Assembly (NCBI GenBank): GCA_963708595.1 | Contig: CAVPTR010000045.1 | Location: 6,875 to 70,874 of the forward strand | DNA length: 64,000 nt | Direction of reading: 5' to 3' | From: an uncultured Verrucomicrobiae bacterium | GTDB lineage: Bacteria > Verrucomicrobiota > Verrucomicrobiia > Chthoniobacterales > Terrimicrobiaceae | Notes under the pieces: model-generated | What the model was told of the DNA's origin: nothing | What the model saw: only the letters and a program-made list of their open reading frames with translations | The model's database searches: none | Part shown: positions 19,256-30,378 of the stretch, piece by piece | Layout: the number at the start of each line of letters is the position of its first letter | Position numbering within the stretch: position 1 is the first letter of the stretch | Translations under genes and position numbers: made by a program

Positions 19256-19794
19256 CAGCAGGATCGCGAAAGAAATTTCCGATGGCGAGGCGAAATGGCC
19301 TGTTGGCAAGGAAGAGGCAAAGGCCAATGTCCGTGGACCTGGGCCTGTTGCCGATGACGCCGCATACCCAGTTCGAGCCGAGCACTTCGAAAGAATTGCT
19401 TGGGAAAGGGCTAAGCGCGTCGAGGGGTCTCTGCTGTGTTGCGTCGGCAGGCCAAGCCCTAGGGGATTGGCACCTCCGCGCCGCCATGACTCCTCGGCGC
19501 TGCCACCATTCGATTCGGATTTGCTCTCGGCCGTGGTCGGGGAAGTCTCCGTCAATTTTCGTGGGAACCGAGCCTCTCGCCGCAGGCCCCCGCCCGACGT
19601 CCTGCCATGCGACGCACTAGTGCCGGAAAACACTGGATGCATTTCCGGAGCCGTTCGTTTTCAGTGCCCATTTTGTGCCGGGAGGTGGCTTCCGGTCCCC
19701 TCGACTGGCGTTCCTTCGGTCAATCAGCGTGGCATGGCACTTGCTTGTCTGCCGTATTACGAAGCCAGGTGATCGTAATACTCCCCATCCCCTT

Positions 19795-20830
19795 ATGAAA
19801 TCACTAAAGAAAACCTACCTGAAATTTGCAGGCGAGTGTCTTTGCAGTATTTTTGGCTGTCTCCGTCCATGCCGCGCCGCTAAAGATCGGCTACAGTGAC
19901 TGGCCAGGATTCACCATTTTTGAGGTCGCCAAGCAAAAAGGGTTGGTTCAAGGACGCTGGTCTCGATGTCGATCTCGTCTGGTTCGACTATCTGCCTTCA
20001 TTGGACGCTTTCGCTGCAGGCAAGGTGGATGCCGTAACGGCTGTCGCAACCGACGCACTTGTTAATGGAGCCAACGGCGCCAAGAGCAAGATTATTGCCC
20101 TTCTCGATTACAGCGATGGGAGTGACATGATCATCGGAAAGCCGGGAATCGACTCCATCAAAGATCTCAAGGGCCAGAAGGTCGGCATCGAGGTGACGTT
20201 AGTCGAGCACCTCTTGTTGCTCGAAGCGCTCAAACAGAAAGGAATGATGCAGTCCGACGTCGAGATCGTTAACACGGCGACCAATGAAACTCCGCAGACG
20301 CTTGCCTCAGGAAAGGTTGCGGCCGTCGGCGCGTGGTATCCGGTTTCCAGTCAGGCGCTCAAGCAGGTTCCGGGGTCCAAGAAGTTGTTCACCAGCGCTG
20401 ACGCGAAGGGTCTGATTTATGACGTGCTTGCGGTCAACCCCGTAAGCTTCGCCCAGCACAAGGACGAACTGGGCAAAAATCGTCCAGATCTTTTACAAGT
20501 GTGTTGACTATATCAACGATCCGGCCACGCGAGACGATGCGATCAAGATCATGGCGGCAAGGGTTGGGGCGGATCCGGAAGAATATGCAAGAGAATGTTC
20601 CCGGCACTCACTTTCTTTCGCTTGCCGAGGCAAAGGCGGCTTTCAAGAAGGGCGATGGTCTCGATTCAATCTATGGCTCGATGACGATCGGCAACCAGTT
20701 CAACCTGGATAACAAGGTGTATAAGGAATCGCAGAAGCCGGCAAGCTATCTGGCGCCAAGCATCGTCGACGGGTCTGTAGGACGTGAAGGGCACGAGGTC
20801 TATGGCTCACCGCGATTGGCTCGGACTTAA
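19795..20830 (+). pseudogene. ABC transporter substrate-binding protein (NitT/TauT family, urea-carboxylase-region type); about four frame changes
   Basis: MKSLKKTYLKFAG / VFAVFLAVSVHAAPLKIGYSDWPGFTIFEVAKQKG / WFKDAGLDVDLVWFDYLPSLDAFAAGKVDAV...HKDELGK / IVQIFYKCVDYINDPATRDDAIKIMAARVGADPEEYA / ...THFLSLAEAKAAFKKGDGLDSIYG... The 3' end is uncertain (20780-20830). Confidence 0.75.
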
Positions 20831-21935
20831 AGAGGAATTGCCGGAAAGGCTCCGGCTCGTTCTTACAATTTTCTCCTTCGTTCTCCCGCTTGTCGTCTGG
20901 TGCGCAGTCAGCTACCTGCCTTTCCTTTGGCATCCGCTGACGCGCATTACGGATCCTGGTAGTGTGGAGTATTTCGTGGAGGGGATGGAGGTCCCGAACG
21001 CGGAATTTGCCAAGCAGCTTGAGCAAGCGACTGCGGAGGGAGGAGATCCCCCGCAGGGATATCGGGTGAATCCCGTCTATTTGCCTCCCCCGCACGAGGT
21101 GCTTGAGGCGTTCTATACCGCGTTTACTACTCCGCCACGCCTTCCGAATGAACCCTGGCTCCATGAAAGTCTGGGTCACAGCATTCGAACGATTTTCTTT
21201 GGATTTCTTATCTCTTCAATCATTGGCGTTCCCTTGGGAATCCTCTGCGGAACCTATCGCTTTTTTTCCCGCCTTCAGGAGCCATTCATCGAGTTCTTCC
21301 GCTACTTGCCCGCCCCGGCATTCGGCGCATTGTGCGTCGCCATTCTCGGTATCGACGATGGACCGAAGATCGCGATCATCGTGATCGGGACGTTCTTCCA
21401 GCAGGTGCTTGTCATATCGAATACCGTCCGCAAGGTTGATCCGGCGCTCATTGAAGCGGCGCAGACGCTTGGCGCGCGCGGATTGCGCCTGATGGGGCGC
21501 GTCGTCATTCCCGCCTCGATCACGGACATCTACACCGATATGCGCATCCTGCTGGGCTGGGCGTGGACCTACCTCATCGTCGCGGAAGTCGTTGGCACCA
21601 TGTCGGGAATCACCTTCTTCATCAACCAGCAGGCGCGTTATCGGAATTTCGACAACGTCTATGCCGCCATCATGATGATCGGCATCATTGGCTTGACCAC
21701 GGACATGGCGCTCGGGTGGCTCGGAAAGGGACTCTTCCCCTGGAAGCGCAAAGGCTCGGGCAAGAAAATCGGCGGCCATCCCTGTCTCGATGGTGGCGAA
21801 ACAGAACCGCGGGGAATCCCAACCGGTCGAAGACGAGCCGGTCGCGTCCCCGATTCTGGTGAGCTTTGGCAAGCTCGAGCCACCTGTCGCACGCGATGCC
21901 GGCGCAAGCCCTCTGCAATCCTGATTCCATGCTGA
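20802..21935 (+). CDS. ABC transporter permease (NitT/TauT family)
   Basis: A multi-TM protein with the EAA-like loop (IEAAQTLGARGLRLMGRVVIPAS). The last ~60 residues are Arg/Cys-rich and may be out of frame; an alternative frame ends at about 21925. Confidence 0.75.
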   Translation: MAHRDWLGLKEELPERLRLVLTIFSFVLPLVVWCAVSYLPFLWHPLTRITDPGSVEYFVEGMEVPNAEFAKQLEQATAEGGDPPQGYRVNPVYLPPPHEVLEAFYTAFTTPPRLPNEPWLHESLGHSIRTIFFGFLISSIIGVPLGILCGTYRFFSRLQEPFIEFFRYLPAPAFGALCVAILGIDDGPKIAIIVIGTFFQQVLVISNTVRKVDPALIEAAQTLGARGLRLMGRVVIPASITDIYTDMRILLGWAWTYLIVAEVVGTMSGITFFINQQARYRNFDNVYAAIMMIGIIGLTTDMALGWLGKGLFPWKRKGSGKKIGGHPCLDGGETEPRGIPTGRRRAGRVPDSGELWQARATCRTRCRRKPSAILIPC

Positions 21936-22832
21936 CGTCACTCGAACTCCCCGATTACCACAGACAGGATCCGCAGGTCGCAGAGCGTTTCAAGCGCATC
22001 CGGGAACGCCCGATCGTGCTCTCCGTGCAAAATCTTCAAAAGACCTTCGGTCCCCTGGACCATCAACACGTCGTCTTTGACAACGTCTCGCTCGACATCC
22101 ACCGGCGGGAGTTCGTCTCGATCATCGGGCCCTCCGGTTGTGGCAAGTCAACCTTCATCCGCATTGTGGCCGGACTCGATGAAGCCACCGGCGGCGAGAT
22201 GCTCCTCGACGGCAAGCCCGTTACTGGACCCGGGCCGGACCGCGGAATGGTTTTTCAAGGTTACACGCTTTTTCCGTGGAGAACGGTGAAGCAAAATGTC
22301 ATGTTCGGCCTCGAAATGCAGGACAGAGGCTCAGCCGATGCCGAGGGCACTGCTCGGGAGTGGCTCGAGATGGTCGGCTTAAGTCGCTTCGAGGAGTCGT
22401 ATCCGCACGAACTCTCCGGGAGGCATGAAGCAGCGCGTCGCCATCGCTCGCGCGCTCGCAAATGCACCGCGCATCCTCATCATGGATGAGCCCTTCGGCG
22501 CGCTCGACGCGCTGACGCGCGCGAAGATGCAGGCTTATCTTCTGCAGATTTGGAAGAAGGTGGACATCACGATCCTCTTCATCACCCACGATCTCGATGA
22601 AGCGGTGTATCTTTCGGACCGCATACTCGTTCTGGGAGTGAACCCCGGAGGAATTCGCGAATGTATCGAGAATCCTGTTCCGCGCCCACGAACGCCGGAG
22701 CAGTTTCTGACGCCGGAGTTCCTGGCTCTCAAACATCGTCTCGACGAATTGATCCACACCCCGGCGCAAGACTCCGAAGAGGACCGCCTGCCCGTTGTTA
22801 AAATGACCGCTGCCGGAGACGAAGTGGAATGA
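21929..22832 (+). pseudogene. ABC transporter ATP-binding protein (NitT/TauT family); one frame change at about 22419
   Basis: Walker [11 protein letters not shown] is present. The signature is broken: ELSG|RHEAA where [15 protein letters not shown] is expected (tccgggaggcatgaag). Walker [13 protein letters not shown] lies in the next frame. Confidence 0.85.
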
Positions 22833-23041
22833 ACAGGCTGATTGGCGGCTTGACGGTAGTATTACTGATCGTTCTTTTGGTATTACTGAGTGATACCTGA
22901 TGAAAACTGCGGCCGCTCGGAACAGGCGCCGCGAGAGCGTGCGGGCATTAGCATTTCACCCCGGTAATGTGCCGGGAGCTCGACCAGATGGTCGCCGTGG
23001 GATAGAATCTCGACCGAGCCCAAGTTGAAGTCCTGAGTGCT

Positions 23042-23765
23042 ATGAGCCAGTTCCTTTCCGCGGCCTTGTTTTCGGAGATCCTTCCAAGTGGCGCCATGTG
23101 GTCGATGCGCATTCCGCGCCGTCGCCTCGTCCGCCTGACCGCTCTCGATTCCGACGCCAACCTCTCGGCCCTGTTCTACAACGCCGACCGAGCCGCTGGA
23201 TCGTCTCAACATTCCGGACACGCTCAAGGCGCTACACACGGCAAAGCTGACCCGCGGCCATATCCTGATGACTGATATGGGAAACGCTCTCGTGTCCATT
23301 GTTGCGGACAGCCTTGGCTGGCATGATCCGCTCGGCGGACATATTACCGCAGCGATGGTCGCTGCAAAGTTTGGGGAGCACAAATATCAGCAATACCGCA
23401 ACGACTTTTATCGGAACGCCCACGACAATTTTCTCATCGAACTGACCAAGCATGGGTTGGGTCTCGCGGATATCGTCGCTAACGTAAATTTTTTCAGCAA
23501 GGTCGTGGTGGATGACGAGGGCCGCATGCAATTTGTTCCCGATCACTGTCCAGCCGGTGCGCGCATCGGACTCCGAACCGAAATGGACGTCCTCTTTGTC
23601 CTCGCAAATTGCCCTCACCCCCTTGCGCCCGCCGGCGATTACCCGCGCGCCCGCGTGGAGATCGAGATCTTTCCGTGCAACCGCCCGGACAAAGACGATT
23701 TTTGCCGCAACTTCCGGCCCGAATGCGGGCGCACGCTGGCGCTAACGGAGCGACTCTTCCTATGA
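23042..23765 (+). pseudogene. DUF1989 'urea carboxylase-associated' protein (carboxyguanidine deiminase subunit-like); one frame change near 23195
   Basis: ...GAMWSMRIPRRRLVRLTALDSDANLSALFYNADR / PLDRLNIPDTLKALHTAKLTRGHILMTDMGNALVSIVADS... The stop overlaps the next DUF1989 start (ATGA at 23762-23765). The N-terminus is uncertain. Confidence 0.7.
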
Positions 23766-24409
23766 GCACACTCGTCTATAGCGAAAGCGCTCTTCAGCCG
23801 GAGACTGCGGCGCTTAGTTCAACGATCCCGGCGGGAGACGGCTGGTTTCACCCGATCAACAAAGGCCAGATTCTGCGCATCGTCGATCTGGAGGGAAATC
23901 AGGCCGCGGATACATTCTTTTTCAGCGCCGCCGACGTCACCGAGCGCTATAGCGCGCAGGACACCATTCGTGAACAGGGCTCCATCTATCTCACGACCGG
24001 AACGAAACTGATGTCGAATCTCTGCCGCGAGATGCTAACAATAACAGCGGACACCTGCGGCCGGCATGATACGCTGGGGGGCGCCTGCGCCGCGGAGAGC
24101 AATATGGTGAGGTATTCGCTGGACAAGCGCTTCATGCACGCTTGCCGCGACACGTTTCTGCTTCAAATGGCGCTGTCCGGCTATCAGGTCAGCAAGCGTG
24201 ACTTAGCTCACAACATCAATTTCTTCATGAATGTGCCGGTCACCCCGGACGGTGAGCTCAGGTTCGCGGACGGCGTCTCCGAGCCCGGCAAATACGTGGA
24301 GATGCGCGCTGAAATGGACGTGCTTTGTCTCATCTCGAACTGCCCGCAGCTTAACAACCCCTGCAACGCCTACAATCCCACTCCGATCAGGGTGCTAATA
24401 TGGAACTAG
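23762..24409 (+). CDS. DUF1989 'urea carboxylase-associated' protein (second carboxyguanidine deiminase subunit-like)
   Basis: MSTLVYSES...[42 protein letters not shown]...[18 protein letters not shown]. This is a paralogue of the preceding gene, the characteristic pair found next to urea/guanidine carboxylases. Confidence 0.75.
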   Translation: MSTLVYSESALQPETAALSSTIPAGDGWFHPINKGQILRIVDLEGNQAADTFFFSAADVTERYSAQDTIREQGSIYLTTGTKLMSNLCREMLTITADTCGRHDTLGGACAAESNMVRYSLDKRFMHACRDTFLLQMALSGYQVSKRDLAHNINFFMNVPVTPDGELRFADGVSEPGKYVEMRAEMDVLCLISNCPQLNNPCNAYNPTPIRVLIWN

Positions 24410-24484
24410 GTGCGGAGCGCAGAATAGCGCGGAGAAGATTTTCGATTCGACCTCCATTTCCTCTGTGTTCTCTGCGATTAAGAG

Positions 24485-27400
24485 ATGCTTTCCAAGGTTC
24501 TCATAGCCAATCGCGGCGAGATAGCCTGCCGGATCATCCGCACGCTTGACCGCATGAGAATCGCTTCGGTCGCTGTCTATTCCGAAGCAGACGCCCACGC
24601 TGCGCACGTCCGGCTGGCGGGCGAGGCAGTCTGCGTGGGACCGCCACAGGCGGCACAGAGCTATCTGCAGGTCGAGAGGATCCTTTCGGCTGCAAGGCAG
24701 ACGGGCGCTGAGGGAATTCATCCGGGATATGGATTTCTCAGTGAGAACGCCGATTTTGCCGGGGGCTGCGAGGCGGCGGGAATCGCCTTCATCGGACCGA
24801 CACCGCAGAACATGCGCGACTTCGGTCTGAAGCACACGGCCCGTGAGCTCGCGATTGCAAGTGACGTGCCGGTTTCACCCGGATCGAGCCTTCTCGATTC
24901 CCTGGATGAGGCGCGAACAGAAGCCGAGCGAATTGGCTTTCCAGTGATGATCAAGAGCACTTCAGGAGGGGGAGGGATCGGAATGCAATTGGCGCGAACC
25001 GCGGATGAACTCGAGGAGAAATTCGAGAGTGTCCAGCGCACTGGCCAAGAGCAACTTCAAGGCGTCTGGTTTGTTCCTTGAGAAGTTCATCGCTTCGGCA
25101 CGCCACGTGGAGGTGCAGATCTTTGGAGATGGGAGGGGGACCGTGGCGGTGCTGGGCGAACGCGACTGCTCGGCGCAGCGCCGAAATCAAAAGGTTCTCG
25201 AGGAAACTCCGGCGCCCTGCTTGGCGGAGCCGGTTCGTCAGCGGCTCCACGAAGCAGCGCGAAGATTGGGCCAGGCGGCCAAATATCGCTCCGCGGGCAC
25301 CTGTGAGTTCATGTATGATGCGGAATCCGAGGAATTCTATTTTCTTGAGGTCAACACACGCCTGCAAGTCGAGCATTGCGTGACCGAGGAAGTTTCTGGC
25401 TTGGATCTCGTCGAATGGATGATCCGACTCGCATCCGGCGAAGCGCTTCCGCTCGCCGAATACCGTTATCTTCCCAACGGTCATGCCATCGAAGCCCGCG
25501 TGTACGCGGAAGACCCGAACAAGAATTTCCAGCCGAGCTGCGGTTTGCTCACCGAGGTGTGGTTTCCCGGCAGGTGTGCGGGTGGACGGATGGGTCGAGC
25601 GCGGCAGCGAAGTGACGCCCTTTTACGATCCGATGATCGCAAAGGTAATCGCCCATGCGCCGACTCGCGACGAAGCGATTGCAAAACTTCACTCGGCCCT
25701 CGCCTCCGCGCGTCTTGATGGCATCGAGACCAATCTCGATTACGTAATGGCCATCCTCGCCGAGAGAAAGCTTCAAGAAGGGTGGTGTCACCACCAGATA
25801 CCTCTCCGACTCTTGTCTTTCGTCCCCGTACGGTTGACGTGCTTGAGCCGGGAACCCACACGACGGTCCAGGATTATCCCGGCAGGATCGGCTACTGGGA
25901 GATCGGCGTTCCGCCTTCCGGGCCGATGGATCATTTGGCATTGCGGCTGGCGAATCGTCTCGTCGGCAATGATGAAGGCGTCTCCACCCTGGAATGCACG
26001 GTTTCCGGTCCGAAACTAAAGTTCCATCGTCGAGCCGTCGTCTGCGTGGCGGGAGCGGACATGCAACCCGAGATTGATGGGCGTCCGGCTACCAATGTGG
26101 GAAGCCTTCGAGGTTCAGGCCGGCGAAACGCTCAAACTTCAAGCGATTAAGCGAGCAGGTTGCCGCGCCTATCTTGCGGTGGGCGGCGGATTTGACATTC
26201 CGCACTATCTGGGAAGTCAAGCGACGTTCACGCTTGGGAAGTTCGGCGGCCATGGAGGGAGGATTCTTCGCGCCGGCGACGTCTTGAAGCTGGCGGAGCC
26301 GGGGTTTGCGGATCAGTTTTGGAAAGCTCGAGAACCCTCTATTTTACGAGGATCGCTGGGAAATCGGCGTCCTCTACGGCCCGCATGGCGCTCCGGACTT
26401 CTTTACGGACGAGGACATCGAGATGTTCTTCACGACGGATTGGAAAGTTCATTACAACTCCTCGCGCACGGGCATTCGCTTGATCGGACCGAAGCCAAAA
26501 TGGGCCCGCAAGGACGGTGGGGAGGCTGGATTGCATCCCTCGAACATTCATGACAACGCCTACGCCATCGGTGCGGTGGATTTTACGGGAGACATGCCAG
26601 TGATCCTGGCCGTGGATGGACCGAGTCTTGGTGGTTTCGTTTGTCCTGTGACGATCGTCCAATCGGAGCTTTGGAAGATCGGACAGCTTCGTCCAGGCGA
26701 TCTGCTGCGCTTTGTTAACTGGACTTCAGAGCAGGCGGCCACGGCCGAGCGCAAGCAGGATGAGTTTCTGGGGACCGCGCGCTTCCAGCGTGCACAGTCC
26801 GGGCCATCCTGCCCGGCGAGGGGAATGTGTCCGGCGAGACGCCGAGCACTGCACCCTGGAAGGGCCGCAGTGAGTCGCGTTCCGCGCCAACGCGGTCACG
26901 CGATGCGCTCCCAATCCTTCACAGCCTTCCTGCCACCGGCGACAATCCGCAGATCGTTTATCGACAGGCCGGCGATAAATACCTTCTGGTCGAATACGGA
27001 CCGCCGGTCCTCGATCTGAACCTGAGGTTTTGCGCGCATGCATTGATGGATTGGCTGACTAAGAATCCGCAACAGGGAATCATTGATCTGACTCCGGGCA
27101 TCCGCTCGCTTCAGATTCACTACGACAGCCGTGTGCTGCCGCGTGAACGCTTGCTGGAGACGCTCGTCGCGGCGGAGTCCACACTACCTGCCTTGGATGA
27201 CCTCGAAGTCCCAACGCGTATCCTCCAGCTACCGCTTTCGTGGGACGATCCCTCCACGCGATTCGCCATCGAGAAATACATGCAGTCCGTGCGAAAGGAT
27301 GCCCCGTGGTGTCCTAGCAATATCGAATTCATTCGGAGGATCAATGGCCTCGACTCCATCGAGCAGGTCAAGGAGATCGTCTTTTCGGCACGCTATCTCG

Positions 27401-28167
27401 TGATGGGATTGGGCGACGTGTATCTCGGCGCGCCGGTCGCTACGCCGCTCGATCCGCGACACCGTCTGGTCACGACCAAGTACAATCCTGCGCGCACATG
27501 GACGCCAGAAAATGCTGTCGGCATTGGCGGCGCTTACCTTTGCGTCTACGGCATGGAAGGTCCCGGGCGGCTATCAATTTGTTGGCCGCACGATCCAAAT
27601 GTGGAATCGATGGCGGAGGACCGCCGATTTTTCCGAGCCCTGGCTGCTGCGGCATTTCGACCAGATTCAATTTTATCCTGTTGACGCCGATGAGCTCCTC
27701 CGGCTTGCGGGAGGAATTTCCGGTCGGAAAGTTCAAATTGAGCATCAAGGAGGAGACTTTCAGTCTTCGAGAGTATCGAAAATTTCTAGCTGACATCTCC
27801 GACGAGGCAGCCTCCTTCAAGGTCCGACAGCAAAAAGCCTTCGACGAGGAACGCGAACGCTGGGCGTTGACGGGATCGGCCGACGGCGAAGCCACGGATT
27901 CTCCCGAGGAGGATGCCCCGGAGCCCGAGTTGAATATGCCCGAAGGTGGCCACGCGGTGGATGCGCATGTCGCTGCGAATGTTTGGAAGGTTTTCGCTAA
28001 TGCCGGCCAGGAAGTCGTCGAGGGCGAGACGACTCGTGATTCTCGAAGCGATGAAGATGGAAATGGCGATCGTCGCGCCGGTCACCGGCACGGTTCACTC
28101 TATTCGTTGCTCCGAAGGACAGATGGTCATGCCGGGACAGACAATCGCAATCATCGTCGGCAAATGA
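24485..28167 (+). pseudogene. Urea carboxylase family biotin carboxylase (probably guanidine carboxylase); at least 10 frame changes as assembled
   Basis: Collinear fragments run through the biotin carboxylase domain ([18 protein letters not shown]...[10 protein letters not shown]), the KipA-like part (VQDYPGRIGYWEIGVPPSGPMD...), the KipI-like part ([16 protein letters not shown]...[12 protein letters not shown]) and the BCCP end (LVILEAMKMEMAIVAPVTGTV...*). ORFs used: 24485, 25005, 25483, 25782, 26074, 26306, 26827, 27512, 27498, 27946. Confidence 0.85.
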
Positions 28168-29471
28168 GCGGACTTCGCTGCCAAGATCGCTGACACGTTT
28201 CGCAGGATTCGCGAACGCGGCAGTGACGGCGTTTGGATTTCGTTGGAACCGGAGGAGCAGGCCTTAAAGCGTGCCAAGGAACTCGAGTCCGACCCCCGGG
28301 AGCTTCCCTTAAAAGGTCAAACATTTGCCATTAAAGACAACATCGACCTTGCGGGATTGCCGACGACGGCAGCATGTCCGGACTTCGCCTACACGCCGGC
28401 GAAAAGCGCATTCGTCGTTCAGCGCCTGATCGATGCAGGTGCCATCCCGATTGGCAAGACGAACCTCGATCAGTTCGCAACGGGTCTGAATGGCACTCGT
28501 TCGCCCTATGGCTTTCCGTGCAATTTCTACAATCCGGCTTACATAAGCGGCGGATCGAGTTCCGGCTCGGCGATTGCCGTGGCGGCAGGGCTGGTGGATT
28601 TTGCTTTGGGAACGGACACTGCCGGTTCCGGCCGCGTGCCCGCGGCTTTCAACAATCTCGTTGGGTTTAAGCCCACCCGAGGCAGTTGGTCTACAGACGG
28701 CCTCGTGCCCGCGTGCAGGACCCTCGATTGCATAACCGTATTGACTAAGGGCCTCGGCGAAGCGGAGAGGATCGACGCAGTCGCCAGGGGTTTTGATCCT
28801 GAGGATCCTTACTCACGCAGGCCCAGTTCGTTGACTCCGCTCCGTCGGCGCTTCGACGAATTGGTGTGCTGCCGGACAACGAGCGGGAGTTCTTCGGCGA
28901 CGGCGAATATGCCCGTCTCTACACCGAGGCAGTGGCACGGGCTGCGGAACTAGGATGGAACATAAGCGAGTTCGACTATCGCCCGTTTCGTGAGACAGCG
29001 AATCTTCTCTACAGCGGACCATGGGTTGCTGAACGCTATGCGGCCATCAAATCGATCATCGAAACAAACCCGAATGCCGTGCATCCCGTGGTCCGCGCCG
29101 TCATCCTGAGCGCCGGGAAGTTTTCCGCCGTCGATGCCTTCGAGTCGCAGTATCGTCTCGCCGCTCTGGCGCGAGAGACCGAAAGAACCTGGGAATCTGT
29201 TCGACGCGATTCTGCTGCCTTCAGCCGGGACGATCTATACGAGTTAAGCAAATGTTGGCAGACCCGATTCAGCTCAACACAAATCTCGGTCGATACACCA
29301 ACTTCATGAACCTCTTGGACCTCTGCGGGCTTGCAGTTCCGGCCGGTTTCCGTTCTGACAACGTGCCATTTGGGGTGACTTTCTTTGCACCTGCTTGGCG
29401 GAGAGCCTTTGCTTTTCAAGTTGGCGCACGAGTTTGAAAGCGAGGGAAGTTCTACTCGGAGAAGTTCATAG
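28164..29471 (+). pseudogene. Allophanate hydrolase, amidase-signature domain only; about five frame changes
   Basis: The ATG overlaps the carboxylase stop (ATGA). The pieces are MSGLR / [23 protein letters not shown]...[18 protein letters not shown]...[37 protein letters not shown]... / [15 protein letters not shown]... / [32 protein letters not shown]...[10 protein letters not shown] / [13 protein letters not shown]...*. Confidence 0.8.
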
Positions 29472-29545
29472 CAAGGAAGGAGAAATCATCGGTGAGCGTT
29501 GGCCTCGCGGAGCGTCCGAAGGATAAAAATGGGTTTGCGCAGGAC

Positions 29546-29590
29546 AAGAAGAATTCGTTATGAAATGAGGAATCTTCTTTTAGTTTTTTT
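29546..29590 (+). terminator. Rho-independent terminator-like hairpin between the hydrolase amidase gene and the STAS gene
   Basis: aagaagaattc (29546-29556) pairs with gaatcttcttt (29570-29580) with one bulged A. This is followed by tag and a T7 run (29584-29590). Confidence 0.55.
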
Positions 29591-29592
29591 CC

Positions 29593-29951
29593 ATGGCCGC
29601 GTTTCAGACAAGCAGTGATGGCAATGTCAGGATTCTTGCCATTTCAGGCCGCTCGACCTGCACAGCGGAAAGGATTTGAAAGATACGATCCAATCGTTGA
29701 CCGAGGGCGAGGATTCCGGCGACTTGCTCGTCGATCTGGAAAACCTCGATTACATGGCGAGCACGGGCTTTCGTGAGTTGTTTCTCGCCGGGCGGCAGAT
29801 GAGCCGCCAGGGCGGCCGGCTTGCTGTTTGTTCGCTGCGAGGCGAGGTCAAGCGCGTTTTCGAACTGGCGTGCTTCGACACAGCCTATCCGATCTTTGAG
29901 ACCCGGGGTGAGGCTCTTGCTTTTTTCAAAGCACCAAAGCCTGCAATTTGA
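29593..29951 (+). pseudogene. STAS-domain anti-sigma-factor antagonist (SpoIIAA/RsbV-like); one deletion-type frame change near 29652
   Basis: MAAFQTSSDGNVRILAISGR / LDLHSGKDLKDTIQSLTEGEDSGDLLVDLENLDYMASTGFRELFLAGRQMSRQGGRLAVCSLRGEVKRVFELACFDTAYPIFETRGEALAFF. Confidence 0.75.
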
Positions 29952-29994
29952 CGAACATCATAATCCGGCGCTGACTAAGAATCAAGCGGGACAA

Positions 29995-30378
29995 ATGAAA
30001 ATTCAGCTTGCCGTAGTGGGAGCGCATCTGCGCGGCCAGCCTTTGAATCACCAACTCATCGAACTCGACGCAGCATTTATCACGCAGACGCTCACAGCGC
30101 CAACCTATCGTTTGTTCGCACTTGCGAATACGTCGCCACCCAAGCCTGGAATGATTCGCTCTGAAAACGGGGCATCCCTCGAAATCGAAATTTGGGAGCT
30201 GGCGGCGGCGGAGTTCGGAATGTTCGTGGCCGCCGTTCCGTCGCCCCTCGTGATCGGGAACGTCAAATTGGCCTCGGGCGAGTGGGTGAAGGGATTTCTG
30301 TGTGAGGAAATTGCGCTCAGCGGCGCACGCGAAATTACGAATTTTGGCGGCTGGCGTGCTTACCTCGCGTCGCTTTAG
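29995..30378 (+). CDS. Stand-alone allophanate hydrolase C-terminal domain protein
   Basis: MKIQLAVVGAHLRGQPLNHQLIELDAAFITQTLTAPTYRLFAL...PKPGMIR...IEIWELAAAEFGMFVAAVPSPLVIGNVKLASGEWVKGFLCE...NFGGWRAYL matches the C-terminal domain of full-length allophanate hydrolases as I remember them. Confidence 0.75.
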   Translation: MKIQLAVVGAHLRGQPLNHQLIELDAAFITQTLTAPTYRLFALANTSPPKPGMIRSENGASLEIEIWELAAAEFGMFVAAVPSPLVIGNVKLASGEWVKGFLCEEIALSGAREITNFGGWRAYLASL

